A stretch of DNA of 64,000 nt from a bacterium. Lineage in GTDB: Bacteria; Lernaellota; Lernaellaia; JACKCT01. Numbering within the stretch: the stretch's first letter is position 1; the number at the start of each line of letters is the position of its first letter. The translations under genes and the position numbers were made by a program. A model generated the notes under the pieces. It was not told the origin of the DNA, made no database searches, and was given only the letters and a program-made list of their open reading frames with translations. Shown here piece by piece: positions 18,827 through 32,744 of the stretch. The DNA lies in the NCBI GenBank assembly GCA_019912885.1, contig JAIOHV010000229.1, positions 3,846 through 67,845 of the forward strand, read 5' to 3'.

Positions 18827-20064
18827 CCATCCACCGCGCCGCCCATCAGGTCGGCGGCAACTGCGTCGAGATCGAATACGACGGGCACCGTTTGTTGCTC
18901 GACGCGGGGAGTTCACTGGACGCGGACGAACATGCGGACGACATCCCGCCGACGCTCGACCGGAAGCGCCCGATCGACGGGCTCGTCATTTCGCATCCGC
19001 ATCTCGATCACTACGGCCTGCTCGATCGCCTTCCCGCCGATTGGCCGGTGTGGTCCGGCGCGCCGACCGAAATTCTCATGCGCCTCACGGCTTCCATCGG
19101 CCGCAAACGATATCGGCAGTCGTTTCGCCACTACCGAAGCGGCAAGGCGTTTCGCGTTGGGCCGTTCAAGGTCACGCCCTTTCTCGTCGACCATTCCGCC
19201 TTCGACGCGCACATGCTCCTCGTCGAGGCCGGCGGCCGGCGCATCTTTTACTCCGGCGATTTCCGGCGCACCGGACGCAAAAGCCTGTTGACGGAACGCC
19301 TCATGCGAAAGCCGCCGCGCGACGTGGACGTGTTGTTGCTCGAAGGAACGACGCTCGGCCGCACCGGCGATTTTCCGACGGAGACGGACATCGAGCAGCG
19401 TCTCGTCGATCTGCTGAAAGACACGAAGGGGCGGATTTTCGTGACGTGGTCGGCGCAGAACATCGACCGCACCGTGACGCTCTACCGTGCCTGCAAGAGG
19501 GCTCGCCGAACGCTTGTTCTCGACGTCTATGCCGCCGGCGTTCTCGATCGCCTGGCGACCGATTCTAGCAAGATTCCGAGGCTCGGCTGGCCCTGTTTGC
19601 AGGTCGTCGTCACGAAATCCATTGCGCGCATGTACAAGGATCGGGCGCGCGTGAACGACGCGGCATTCGTGGATCGCTGCGCGACATCCGGCTTTGCGTT
19701 TGGCGCCGACAAACTCGAATCCCGCGCGCGAAACGTCATCATGCTCCGCCCGTCGCTTTGGAAGGACTACGCGCGCAAAGGCGTCACGCTGACACCGCAT
19801 GACGGCTGGGTATTTTCGATGTGGTCCGGCTACGAAAAGAAAACCGATTACGCGGAATTGCGGACCGCTTTCGAGTCCGCCGGTGCGCGCCTTGAACGCA
19901 TCCACACAAGCGGCCATGCCGCGCCGGACGACCTCGTCGCGTTTGCCGACGCTGTCGCCCCGCGACATCTCGTGCCGATCCACGGCTTTGACTGGGATCA
20001 ACACCTGCACCGCTTCAAAAACGTGAAGCGCTTGCGCGACGGCGAGCGATTCGCGATCGTTTAG
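18814..20064 (+). CDS. Metallo-beta-lactamase fold nuclease of the beta-CASP type (RNase J/Artemis-like)
   Basis: The MBL motif ISHPHLDHYG (HxHxDH) and the beta-CASP C-terminal signature RIHTSGHAAPDDL...PRHLVPIHG are both present. The start is uncertain (TTG 18814 or nearby). It overlaps the stop of the upstream gene. Confidence 0.75.
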   Translation: MVFLTIHRAAHQVGGNCVEIEYDGHRLLLDAGSSLDADEHADDIPPTLDRKRPIDGLVISHPHLDHYGLLDRLPADWPVWSGAPTEILMRLTASIGRKRYRQSFRHYRSGKAFRVGPFKVTPFLVDHSAFDAHMLLVEAGGRRIFYSGDFRRTGRKSLLTERLMRKPPRDVDVLLLEGTTLGRTGDFPTETDIEQRLVDLLKDTKGRIFVTWSAQNIDRTVTLYRACKRARRTLVLDVYAAGVLDRLATDSSKIPRLGWPCLQVVVTKSIARMYKDRARVNDAAFVDRCATSGFAFGADKLESRARNVIMLRPSLWKDYARKGVTLTPHDGWVFSMWSGYEKKTDYAELRTAFESAGARLERIHTSGHAAPDDLVAFADAVAPRHLVPIHGFDWDQHLHRFKNVKRLRDGERFAIV

Positions 20065-20320
20065 ACGCGCCTCTCATCATCGCGCCGCGAACCCGAAACC
20101 TCCCCGGCCCTGACCCTCCTTCGCGCCGCCTGCCGTGCGGGCCGAACATTTCAATCGAGCGGGTCAAAAGCAGCGTCCGCGGCCCGTCAACGTCCGCCGG
20201 CAACGCGGCCGCCGATCGTGATTTCCTTGTAAGTGGCGTGTAAGTGCGGGCGCCTACTCTCGCGTGGAACCGTAGAGCTCGACACCCCGAGCCGCACGGC
20301 CAAAGGGAGGGCCGCCCGCG

Positions 20321-21160
20321 ATGAGCCATCCGTTTTCTCTACGTCGAACACGGCTTTCGATCGCCGCCGCACTCGCGGTTTTTGCCGTCGCGATCCCGGA
20401 CGCCGGCGCCGCGACCGGCGAGCAGAATTTCACCAATTACTGCTTCGCGTGCCACACGATCGGCGGCGGCAAGCGCGTCGGCCCGGATTTGAAGGGCGTC
20501 ACCGAGCGCCGCTCCCACGAGTGGCTCGTCAAGTTCGTCGCGTCGTCGCAGTCGGTCGTCAAGAGTGGCGACCCGGACGCCGTCGCGCTGTTCGAGGAAT
20601 ACAAGATCGAAATGCCGGACGCGCCATACACCGCGGACGAGATCAAGGAGATCCTCGCCTACATCGCCACCGGCCCGACGACGCAGGCCTTCGTGCCGCT
20701 GCGGGCCACGACGCCCCAAGACATCGAGCGGGGCCGGGCGCTGTTTCAGGGCCACACGCGCCTTGCCCAAGGCGGTCCCGCGTGCAACTCGTGCCATCAC
20801 GTGAAAAACGACGCGGTGATCGGCGGCGGCATCCTGGCCAAGGATCTCACGGAGGTGTTCGCGCGCATGGGCGCGCCGGGCATCAACGCGATTTTGGGCA
20901 AGCCGCCGTTTCCGGTCATGGAGGAAGCGTACCGGAACAGGCCGCTTTCCGAAGACGAGGTATTCGCCCTGGTCGCCTTTCTGGAAGACGCCAACCGGCA
21001 GCAGGCGTTTCAGCAGCCCAACGACTACGGATTCAAGCTGTTCTACAGCGGCTCGGCCGGGTTCGTGCTGCTCCTCGGGATCTACGGGATCATCGGGCGC
21101 AAGCGGAAAAAGCTCTCGGTGAACCACAAGATCTTTGACCGCCAGACCAAAAGCCAATGA
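20321..21160 (+). CDS. narC: Diheme c-type cytochrome, NarC-like, with signal peptide and C-terminal TM anchor
   Basis: There are two CxxCH motifs (CFACH, CNSCH), an N-terminal signal peptide and a C-terminal hydrophobic helix. It lies directly upstream of narG, as in the Thermus thermophilus narCGHJIK1K2 operon. The GGGAGGG SD sits before the ATG. Confidence 0.75.
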   Translation: MSHPFSLRRTRLSIAAALAVFAVAIPDAGAATGEQNFTNYCFACHTIGGGKRVGPDLKGVTERRSHEWLVKFVASSQSVVKSGDPDAVALFEEYKIEMPDAPYTADEIKEILAYIATGPTTQAFVPLRATTPQDIERGRALFQGHTRLAQGGPACNSCHHVKNDAVIGGGILAKDLTEVFARMGAPGINAILGKPPFPVMEEAYRNRPLSEDEVFALVAFLEDANRQQAFQQPNDYGFKLFYSGSAGFVLLLGIYGIIGRKRKKLSVNHKIFDRQTKSQ

Positions 21161-21224
21161 CCGGGAACCGCGCGAACGAAGCGATGACGCCGCCGCCACG
21201 GACAAGAACGAGGAAGGGAAAACC

Positions 21225-24842
<3,618 letters not shown>

Positions 24843-24856
24843 ACAGGGGCACAAAA

Positions 24857-26407
<1,551 letters not shown>

Positions 26408-26409
26408 AT

Positions 26410-27102
26410 ATGTCCCTGGCGCATTACGACTCTCTTGCGGGCCTGGTTGCCTATCCCGGTCCCGGATTCGAGGCCGAACTTTCACGGGCGATCGCGCTTC
26501 ATTCCGAGCTTCACCCGGGCACGGCGCGGGAAATCGAGGCGTTTCGCGAGCAACTGCCTCTCGACGACCTTGTCGCGTTGCGGGAACTGCACACGCGGAC
26601 CTTCGACGTTCAGCCCATCACCACGCTCGACATCGGTTACACGCTCTTTGGCGAGGATTACAAGCGGGGAGCGCTCCTTGCGAATCTGAGCGCGGAACAC
26701 ACGCGCGCGGGCAACGACTGCGGCGCGGAGCTCGCCGACCATCTGCCGAACGTGCTGCGCCTGCTGCCGAAAATGGCGGACGCCGCGCTGCGCGAGGAGT
26801 TTGTCCGCCTTTTGCTCGCGCCCGCGTTGCGGGAAATGATTCGCGACTTCGAGCCGTCGCGTCTCGCCAAAAAAGAGGATCTGTATCGAAAGCACCACAA
26901 GACCATCATCGCCGTCGCGACGGGGCCGGCCCGCACCGCGTGGCGCCACGCGCTCGAGGCGATATTCGAGCGGCTGCGCGCGGATTTCGCGTTGGACGAC
27001 GGCTTTTCGGACGACATGGCTTCCCGGTTTGCCGGCGCGCTTGGCACCGAACTGGCCATCGAGGACGGCGGAACCTGCGTCAACAACGGGAGAGGTGCGT
27101 GA
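26410..27102 (+). CDS. narJ: Nitrate reductase molybdenum-cofactor assembly chaperone
   Basis: The protein is 230 aa (MSLAHYDSLAGLVAYPGPGFEAELSRAIALHSE...) and lies in the canonical position between narH and narI. Confidence 0.8.
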   Translation: MSLAHYDSLAGLVAYPGPGFEAELSRAIALHSELHPGTAREIEAFREQLPLDDLVALRELHTRTFDVQPITTLDIGYTLFGEDYKRGALLANLSAEHTRAGNDCGAELADHLPNVLRLLPKMADAALREEFVRLLLAPALREMIRDFEPSRLAKKEDLYRKHHKTIIAVATGPARTAWRHALEAIFERLRADFALDDGFSDDMASRFAGALGTELAIEDGGTCVNNGRGA

Positions 27103-27830
27103 TGAATTTGCCGAACGCGTTTCTGTTCGCGGGGCTGCCCTACGCGGCGGCGCTGATCTTTCTCTACGGAACGATTCAGCGGTACCGCTCGAAGGGTTTC
27201 AAGGTCACCTCGCTTTCGTCGCAGTTCCTGGAGGGGAACGCGCTGTTTTGGGGCACCCTGCCCTTTCACATCGGAATCCTCGTAGTCTTCTGCGGTCACC
27301 TGACGGCCTTTCTCATCCCGCGCGGACTTTTGCTCTGGAACAGCCACCCGGTGCGCCTGATCGTATTGCAGGTCTGCGCGTTCGCGTTCGGCCTGAGCGT
27401 CGCGGTGGGTTTGCTTGGTTTGATTTATCGCCGGCTGACCAACCGGCGGGTGCGGATGGTGACGACGCGAATGGACGTTGCCATCGAGGTTCTTCTGCTG
27501 GCGCAGGTGATCCTCGGCCTGTGGATCGCGCTCGGATATCGCTGGGGTTCGTCCTGGTTCGCCTCGGATCTCACGCCGTATCTCCGATCGCTGTTTGCCC
27601 TCAATCCGAACATCTCGGCCGTGAGCGCGATGCCCGTCGTGGTCAAACTTCACATCACCGGCGCGTGGCTCATCCTGGCGATCTTCCCGTTTACGCGCCT
27701 TGTGCACATCCTGGTGGCCCCCCTGCACTACATCGCCCGGCCGTACCAGCGCGTGATCTGGAACTGGGACCGCAAGGCCGTGCGGGATCCGGCCACGCCC
27801 TGGAGCCGGGTGCGCCCCCGGAACAACTGA
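27102..27830 (+). CDS. narI: Respiratory nitrate reductase gamma subunit (cytochrome b)
   Basis: Translation MNLPNAFLFAGLPYAAALIFLYGTIQRYRSKGFKVTSLSSQFLEGNALFWGTLPFHIGIL... shows the five-TM NarI pattern with heme-ligand histidines. Its ATGA overlaps the narJ stop. Confidence 0.85.
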   Translation: MNLPNAFLFAGLPYAAALIFLYGTIQRYRSKGFKVTSLSSQFLEGNALFWGTLPFHIGILVVFCGHLTAFLIPRGLLLWNSHPVRLIVLQVCAFAFGLSVAVGLLGLIYRRLTNRRVRMVTTRMDVAIEVLLLAQVILGLWIALGYRWGSSWFASDLTPYLRSLFALNPNISAVSAMPVVVKLHITGAWLILAIFPFTRLVHILVAPLHYIARPYQRVIWNWDRKAVRDPATPWSRVRPRNN

Positions 27831-27905
27831 GCCGGGAAAGCAAATGCGCGCGCACGAACATCGTAAGGTCCGTACCCTCCGGTTTGCCGGATAGGGAGTC
27901 CGATC

Positions 27906-29414
27906 GTGGAAGAACGAGCGACGGCGACCTCGCACAAGGTGCTGGCCCTTAACACGCTCGCGTTTGCGGTCTGCTTCGCGGCCTGGATGCTCAACGGCGT
28001 CCTGGTGACGTTCCTGTCGATCAACCAGGTCTTCCCGTGGGGTCCGGTCGAGATCGGCTGGCTGATGGGAATTCCGGTGTTGACCGGATCGGTCCTCCGG
28101 CTCCCCGGCGGCATCCTGACCGACCGGTACGGCGGCAAGCCGGTGTTCGGCGCGTTGCTGCTGCTGAGCGCCGTGCCGATGTTTCTGCTGTCGCGGGCCG
28201 ACGGTTTCCAGGCGTTCGCGCTTTGCAGCTTCGGTTTCGGGCTGACGGGCGTCGGCTTTTCCGTCGGAATCGCGTTCACATCGGTCTGGTATCCGAAAAA
28301 GTTCCAGGGGACGGCGCTCGGAATCTTCGGGGCCGGAAACGCGGGGGCCGCGGCAACAACGCTACTGGCGCCGACGCTCTTGAACAGGTTCACCGACAAC
28401 GGCGCAAACCTCGACGGCTGGCGGCAGCTCCCGATCGTTTACGCGGCGACGCTCGTGGCGATGGGGCTGATCTTCCTCATCTTCACCACAAACAAGAAAC
28501 CGGCCAGCTCGGTCAAGACGCTTGGCGCGATGCTATCGCCGCTTCGGAGCGCCCGCGTCTGGCGTTTCGGGCTTTATTATTTTCTGGTCTTCGGATGTTT
28601 TGTCGCCTTTTCGCAGTGGCTCGTCCCGTATTTCGTGAATGCCTACTACCTGCCGCTTGGCGTGGCCGGGTTGTTTGCGTCCCTGTTCAGCTTCCCGTCG
28701 GGCGTGATCCGCGCGGCGGGGGGATGGATGTCCGACAAGTGGGGCGCCCGCCGGGTGATGTATTGGGTCCTCACGGCGTCGTGCCTTATCAGCTTTGCCG
28801 TGACGATTCCGCGCATGGAGATTCTCTCCCCGGGCAAGGGGATCATGGCCACGCGCCCGGGCACGGTCACCGCGGTATCCGGGCAAAGCCTCAGCGTGGA
28901 CGGCCTGATCTATCCGTTGATCGAGAAGCCGACCGCGTTTGCCGACCTGGAATCGGGAATCCTCGTTTTTCCGAGGAAGGAAGTCTGGCAGGAACCCGCC
29001 GTCGCCGTCGGCCAGACCGTCAATCGCCGGGAGCTGCTCGCGAAGGGCGTCACCCGGATCTTTTTCCAGGCCAACGTCTGGATCTTCGCGGGACTGGTGA
29101 TGCTGCTGGGCGCCGTTTGGGGCATCGGGAAGGCGGCCGTGTACAAATACATTCCGGACTATTTTCCCGACGAGGTCGGCGTCGTCGGCGGCATGGTCGG
29201 GGTGCTCGGCGGCCTTGGCGGTTTTTTCTGCCCGATCATCTTTGGATATCTGCTTGAAGGCACGGGACTCTGGACGAGCTGCTGGATGTTCATGTTCGTT
29301 CTGTCCCTGACGTGCCTGGTCTGGATGATGCGGACCGTGCGCCGGCTCGACGCGAAAGCCGCCCCGCGCACGTACCGGCACCTCGAACACCAAACAGACG
29401 CGGGAATGGCATGA
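27906..29414 (+). CDS. narK: Nitrate/nitrite transporter, MFS (NarK-type), copy 1 with about 75-aa soluble insertion
   Basis: It is 12-TM MFS with NarK-type G-rich motifs. An extra hydrophilic segment (SPGKGIMATRPGTVTAVSGQSLSVDG...VNRRELLAKG) is absent from the second copy. Confidence 0.8.
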   Translation: MEERATATSHKVLALNTLAFAVCFAAWMLNGVLVTFLSINQVFPWGPVEIGWLMGIPVLTGSVLRLPGGILTDRYGGKPVFGALLLLSAVPMFLLSRADGFQAFALCSFGFGLTGVGFSVGIAFTSVWYPKKFQGTALGIFGAGNAGAAATTLLAPTLLNRFTDNGANLDGWRQLPIVYAATLVAMGLIFLIFTTNKKPASSVKTLGAMLSPLRSARVWRFGLYYFLVFGCFVAFSQWLVPYFVNAYYLPLGVAGLFASLFSFPSGVIRAAGGWMSDKWGARRVMYWVLTASCLISFAVTIPRMEILSPGKGIMATRPGTVTAVSGQSLSVDGLIYPLIEKPTAFADLESGILVFPRKEVWQEPAVAVGQTVNRRELLAKGVTRIFFQANVWIFAGLVMLLGAVWGIGKAAVYKYIPDYFPDEVGVVGGMVGVLGGLGGFFCPIIFGYLLEGTGLWTSCWMFMFVLSLTCLVWMMRTVRRLDAKAAPRTYRHLEHQTDAGMA

Positions 29415-30799
29415 GCTCGGCCGCAAAAACGCAATCCGGCCGCGACACCGTCGCGAACGGCGGCATCGGGGGGTGGCTTTCCACGTGGGAGCCGGAGAAC
29501 GCGGCGTTCTGGCGGGAGACGGGCAGCCGAATCGCCTGGCGAACGCTGACCCTCACGACGGCGACGCTGGTTCTTTCGTTCGCCACCTGGTTCGTGATGA
29601 GCGTGCTTGTCGTGCGCCTGCCGGCCATCGGCTTCAAGTTCGACACGATGCAGCTCTTCTGGCTCGCGGCCATGCCCGGACTCGCCGGCGGAACGCTGCG
29701 GGTCATTCACACATTCCTGATTCCCATTTTCGGCACGCGCCTCGTCATCGGGGTCGCCACGCTGCTCAAGATCATCCCCTGCCTCGGCCTGGGGCTTGCG
29801 GTCCTTACCCCGACGACCCCCTTCTGGGTCTTCATGGTGCTTGCGCTCCTCGCCGGGATGGGCGGGGGTGATTTTTCATCCTACATGCCAAGCACCAGCC
29901 TCTTTTTCCCCAAACGCCTTCAGGGCGCGGCGCTCGGCATTCAGGCGGGCATCGGCAATTTCGGCGTGAGCCTGGCTCAATTCGTAAGCCCGTGGATCAT
30001 CGGCTTCGCGGCGTTCGGCGCGATCGCGGGCGGCGCGCAGGTTTTCACGAAGGGCGAGGTCACAAAACCGATCTGGCTGCAAAACGCCGTGTTTGGGTAT
30101 ATCCCGCTGCTTGTCGTCGTGGGAGGGCTATGCCTGTTCCTGCTTCGATCGGTGCCTGTGAAGGCGTCGTTTCGAGAACAACTCGATATCTTCAAGAACC
30201 GGCACACCTGGTTTTGCACCGCGACGTACGTGATGACGTTCGGATCGTTTTCGGGATTCGCCGCCGCTTTCCCGCTGATGATCACGACGATCTACGGCGT
30301 CTTCCCGGACGCGCCGGATCCGTTGAAGTTCGCCTTTCTCGGACCTCTGGTCGGTTCGGCCACGCGCGTCCTTTTCGGATTTGTCGCGGACCGGACCGGC
30401 GGCGCCATTCTCACGCACATCGCCGGCCTGGCGATGACCGCCATTTGCGCGATCATCGTTTTTTTCGGCTTGCTGACCCCCGTCTCGGTCGATCAATTCC
30501 CTTACTTCGTCGCCTGCATGCTTGGCCTGTTCTTTTTCGCCGGGATCGGGAACGCCTCCACCTTCCGCCAGTACCCCATCGTCTTTGCGCACTCACCCCG
30601 GCAAGGCGCCCAGGTGCTCGGCTGGACGGGAGCCGTCGCCGCTTATGGACCGTTCGTCTTCTCGACCCTGGTCGGCGCGTCCATTACCCGAACCGGCTCC
30701 GCGGCGCCCTTCTTCGTTGCGGTCGCGGTCTTCTATCTCGTCGCGGTCGGAATCAATTGGTGGTTCTACACGCGCAAAGGCTGCGAGCATCCTTCGTAG
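29411..30799 (+). CDS. narK: Nitrate/nitrite transporter, MFS (NarK-type), copy 2
   Basis: Translation MSSAAKTQSG... is a 12-TM MFS protein. Its ATGA overlaps the narK1 stop. The arrangement matches tandem narK1/narK2 of Thermus-type operons. Confidence 0.8.
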   Translation: MSSAAKTQSGRDTVANGGIGGWLSTWEPENAAFWRETGSRIAWRTLTLTTATLVLSFATWFVMSVLVVRLPAIGFKFDTMQLFWLAAMPGLAGGTLRVIHTFLIPIFGTRLVIGVATLLKIIPCLGLGLAVLTPTTPFWVFMVLALLAGMGGGDFSSYMPSTSLFFPKRLQGAALGIQAGIGNFGVSLAQFVSPWIIGFAAFGAIAGGAQVFTKGEVTKPIWLQNAVFGYIPLLVVVGGLCLFLLRSVPVKASFREQLDIFKNRHTWFCTATYVMTFGSFSGFAAAFPLMITTIYGVFPDAPDPLKFAFLGPLVGSATRVLFGFVADRTGGAILTHIAGLAMTAICAIIVFFGLLTPVSVDQFPYFVACMLGLFFFAGIGNASTFRQYPIVFAHSPRQGAQVLGWTGAVAAYGPFVFSTLVGASITRTGSAAPFFVAVAVFYLVAVGINWWFYTRKGCEHPS

Positions 30800-30980
30800 C
30801 GCGCGCGGACCGGCCGGGCATCGCTTTCGCGTTGATCGCGACCCGCCATTCGGGCTATGATGTGGCGTAGCTTACGGGCATGACGCCGCGCCCCCGACGT
30901 CCGAAAAACCCGCCGGCGATCGGTATCCGGTCGATGGGGCGTTTTGCGTTGTTTTACCCAAGGTCCGCCGAGGTGAGACG

Positions 30981-32744
30981 ATGTTCTCGGGCTGGCCCAT
31001 CATCGAGGGCACCGATCGCGAGTCGAGCGACGCCGTTTACGGCTGGCTCGTCCGACTTCGCTGGATCGCGCTGCTCGGCGTGGCGCTCGTCCTTTTGCTG
31101 GCGGGGCCGGTCCTTTCGATGCTCCCGGCCGGCGTGGCCGGTGGACTCTGGGCGACGGCGGCGGCGCTCGCGGCCTACAACGCGATGCTGGTCGTCATGG
31201 GGCCGCGCCGGGACCGGTTATGGTTGACGCACTTTGCCGTGCAGATCACGGTGGACTGCGTGGCGCTCGCCACCTTCGTGCATCTGGCCGGCGGCCCGGA
31301 AAATCCCTTCCTTCCGCTTTTCGTGCTCCACGTCGTCACCGCGGGTATTGTCATGTCGAGCCGCGGCGCGCTGTTTACGCTCGGCCTCGCCATCGCTATT
31401 GTTTCAACGATCATTCTTGGGGAAGGCAGCGGCCTCATCCCCCACCATTGCCTGCGCGGCCCGGGCGCGGCGTGTAGCACCGGAATTCTCGACCTGCGTG
31501 CGATCGCCCAGCTCGGCGGCCTCGTGCTCTCTCTTGTCGGCGCATCCCTTTTCACGCGTTTCCTGGCGGCAAGGCTGCGCGCCGGCCAACGGCGTTTGCT
31601 TTCCACCGTCACGGAACTTACCGCCGAGAGACAACGGCTGGCGGACACGCGAGCGGCGATCGAAACCGAGCGCTCCCGGTTGCAGGCGATCATCGACTGC
31701 ATGGACGACGCGGTGACCTTTCTGGGACCCGGCGGCATTCCGCTGTTCAGCAACCGCAAGGCGCGGGATCTCTGGCGTAACGGCGCGCCGCCGGGAGGCT
31801 ACGAATCCCGCGGCGTTTTGCCTCATAACGGCGGCGCCCGCGCCGCCTCGCGCGCCCGGACCTCGTTCGAGCAGGGAGGCCGCGCGTTTGACGCGATCCG
31901 TTCGCCGGTGCGCGGCGCAAAGGGAGCGAACCTTGGAACGGTGTTGGTCGTGCGCGACGTGACCGACCGCCTCGCGATGGACAAGCGCCACATGCACGAG
32001 GAGCGGATGAACGTCGTGGGCAAGCTCGCCGCGACGATCGCTCACGAAATCAACAACCCGATCGGGGTCTTGTGTTTGTATAGCCAGCATGCGCTGGCCC
32101 ACCTGTCGCGGGACAACCCCGTCTACAAGAATCTCGAGACGATCCGCCGCAACGCCGAGGATTGCCGCACGATCATCGGGAACCTTCTGAAGCTGGCCCG
32201 TTCGCCGAAGCCGGAGCGCCGGCGGGTTGACCTGCGGCGGTTGTGCCGCGAGGTGGTCGAGTTCGTCGAGCCGCTGGCGCTGCGTCATGGTATTGCAATC
32301 TCGGGCGGGATTCACGCGAGCGACGTGCCGATCTGGGCGCAAGCCGACGCAAGCATGTTGCATCAGGCGCTGCTCAATCTGGCGGTGAACGCCATCGAAG
32401 CCGGCGGCGCGGGCGACGAGGTCTCGATCGGCGCTTACGAAACGCAGGACGGCCTATCGCCCGCGCAGGCCATCGAGGTCCGCGACACTGGCGCGGGGAT
32501 TGCCGCCGGCGATCTCGAACGGATCTTCCAGCCGTTTTTCACGACGAAACAGACGGGGACCGGGCTTGGACTTTCCGTTGCCGACAACATCGTCAAGGGC
32601 CACGACGGCCGGATCGATGTGGAGAACGCGCCGGGTAGGGGAACGGTCTTTCGCATCGTCCTGCCTGACCCCGCGCGGGACGACATGCCGCCGGACCCGC
32701 CCCGCTTGGGCGGGGAAACCTTTTTCGCGGCGGGCCGGGCATGA
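30981..32744 (+). CDS. Membrane sensor histidine kinase (multi-TM N-terminus, PAS, HisKA, HATPase_c)
   Basis: The H-box is LAATIAHEINNPIGV. The N/G boxes are LLNLAVNAIEAGG...VRDTGAGI...GTGLGLSV. The N-terminal about 190 aa is hydrophobic. Confidence 0.8.
   Translation: MFSGWPIIEGTDRESSDAVYGWLVRLRWIALLGVALVLLLAGPVLSMLPAGVAGGLWATAAALAAYNAMLVVMGPRRDRLWLTHFAVQITVDCVALATFVHLAGGPENPFLPLFVLHVVTAGIVMSSRGALFTLGLAIAIVSTIILGEGSGLIPHHCLRGPGAACSTGILDLRAIAQLGGLVLSLVGASLFTRFLAARLRAGQRRLLSTVTELTAERQRLADTRAAIETERSRLQAIIDCMDDAVTFLGPGGIPLFSNRKARDLWRNGAPPGGYESRGVLPHNGGARAASRARTSFEQGGRAFDAIRSPVRGAKGANLGTVLVVRDVTDRLAMDKRHMHEERMNVVGKLAATIAHEINNPIGVLCLYSQHALAHLSRDNPVYKNLETIRRNAEDCRTIIGNLLKLARSPKPERRRVDLRRLCREVVEFVEPLALRHGIAISGGIHASDVPIWAQADASMLHQALLNLAVNAIEAGGAGDEVSIGAYETQDGLSPAQAIEVRDTGAGIAAGDLERIFQPFFTTKQTGTGLGLSVADNIVKGHDGRIDVENAPGRGTVFRIVLPDPARDDMPPDPPRLGGETFFAAGRA

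Noticed and set aside
20064-20320. FNR- or NarL-type operator upstream of narC
   Set aside because: I could not find a convincing TTGAT-N4-ATCAA or paired TACYYMT heptamers by eye (only tgtaagtg x2 and a weak TACTCTC). This needs a proper motif scan and is not claimed.
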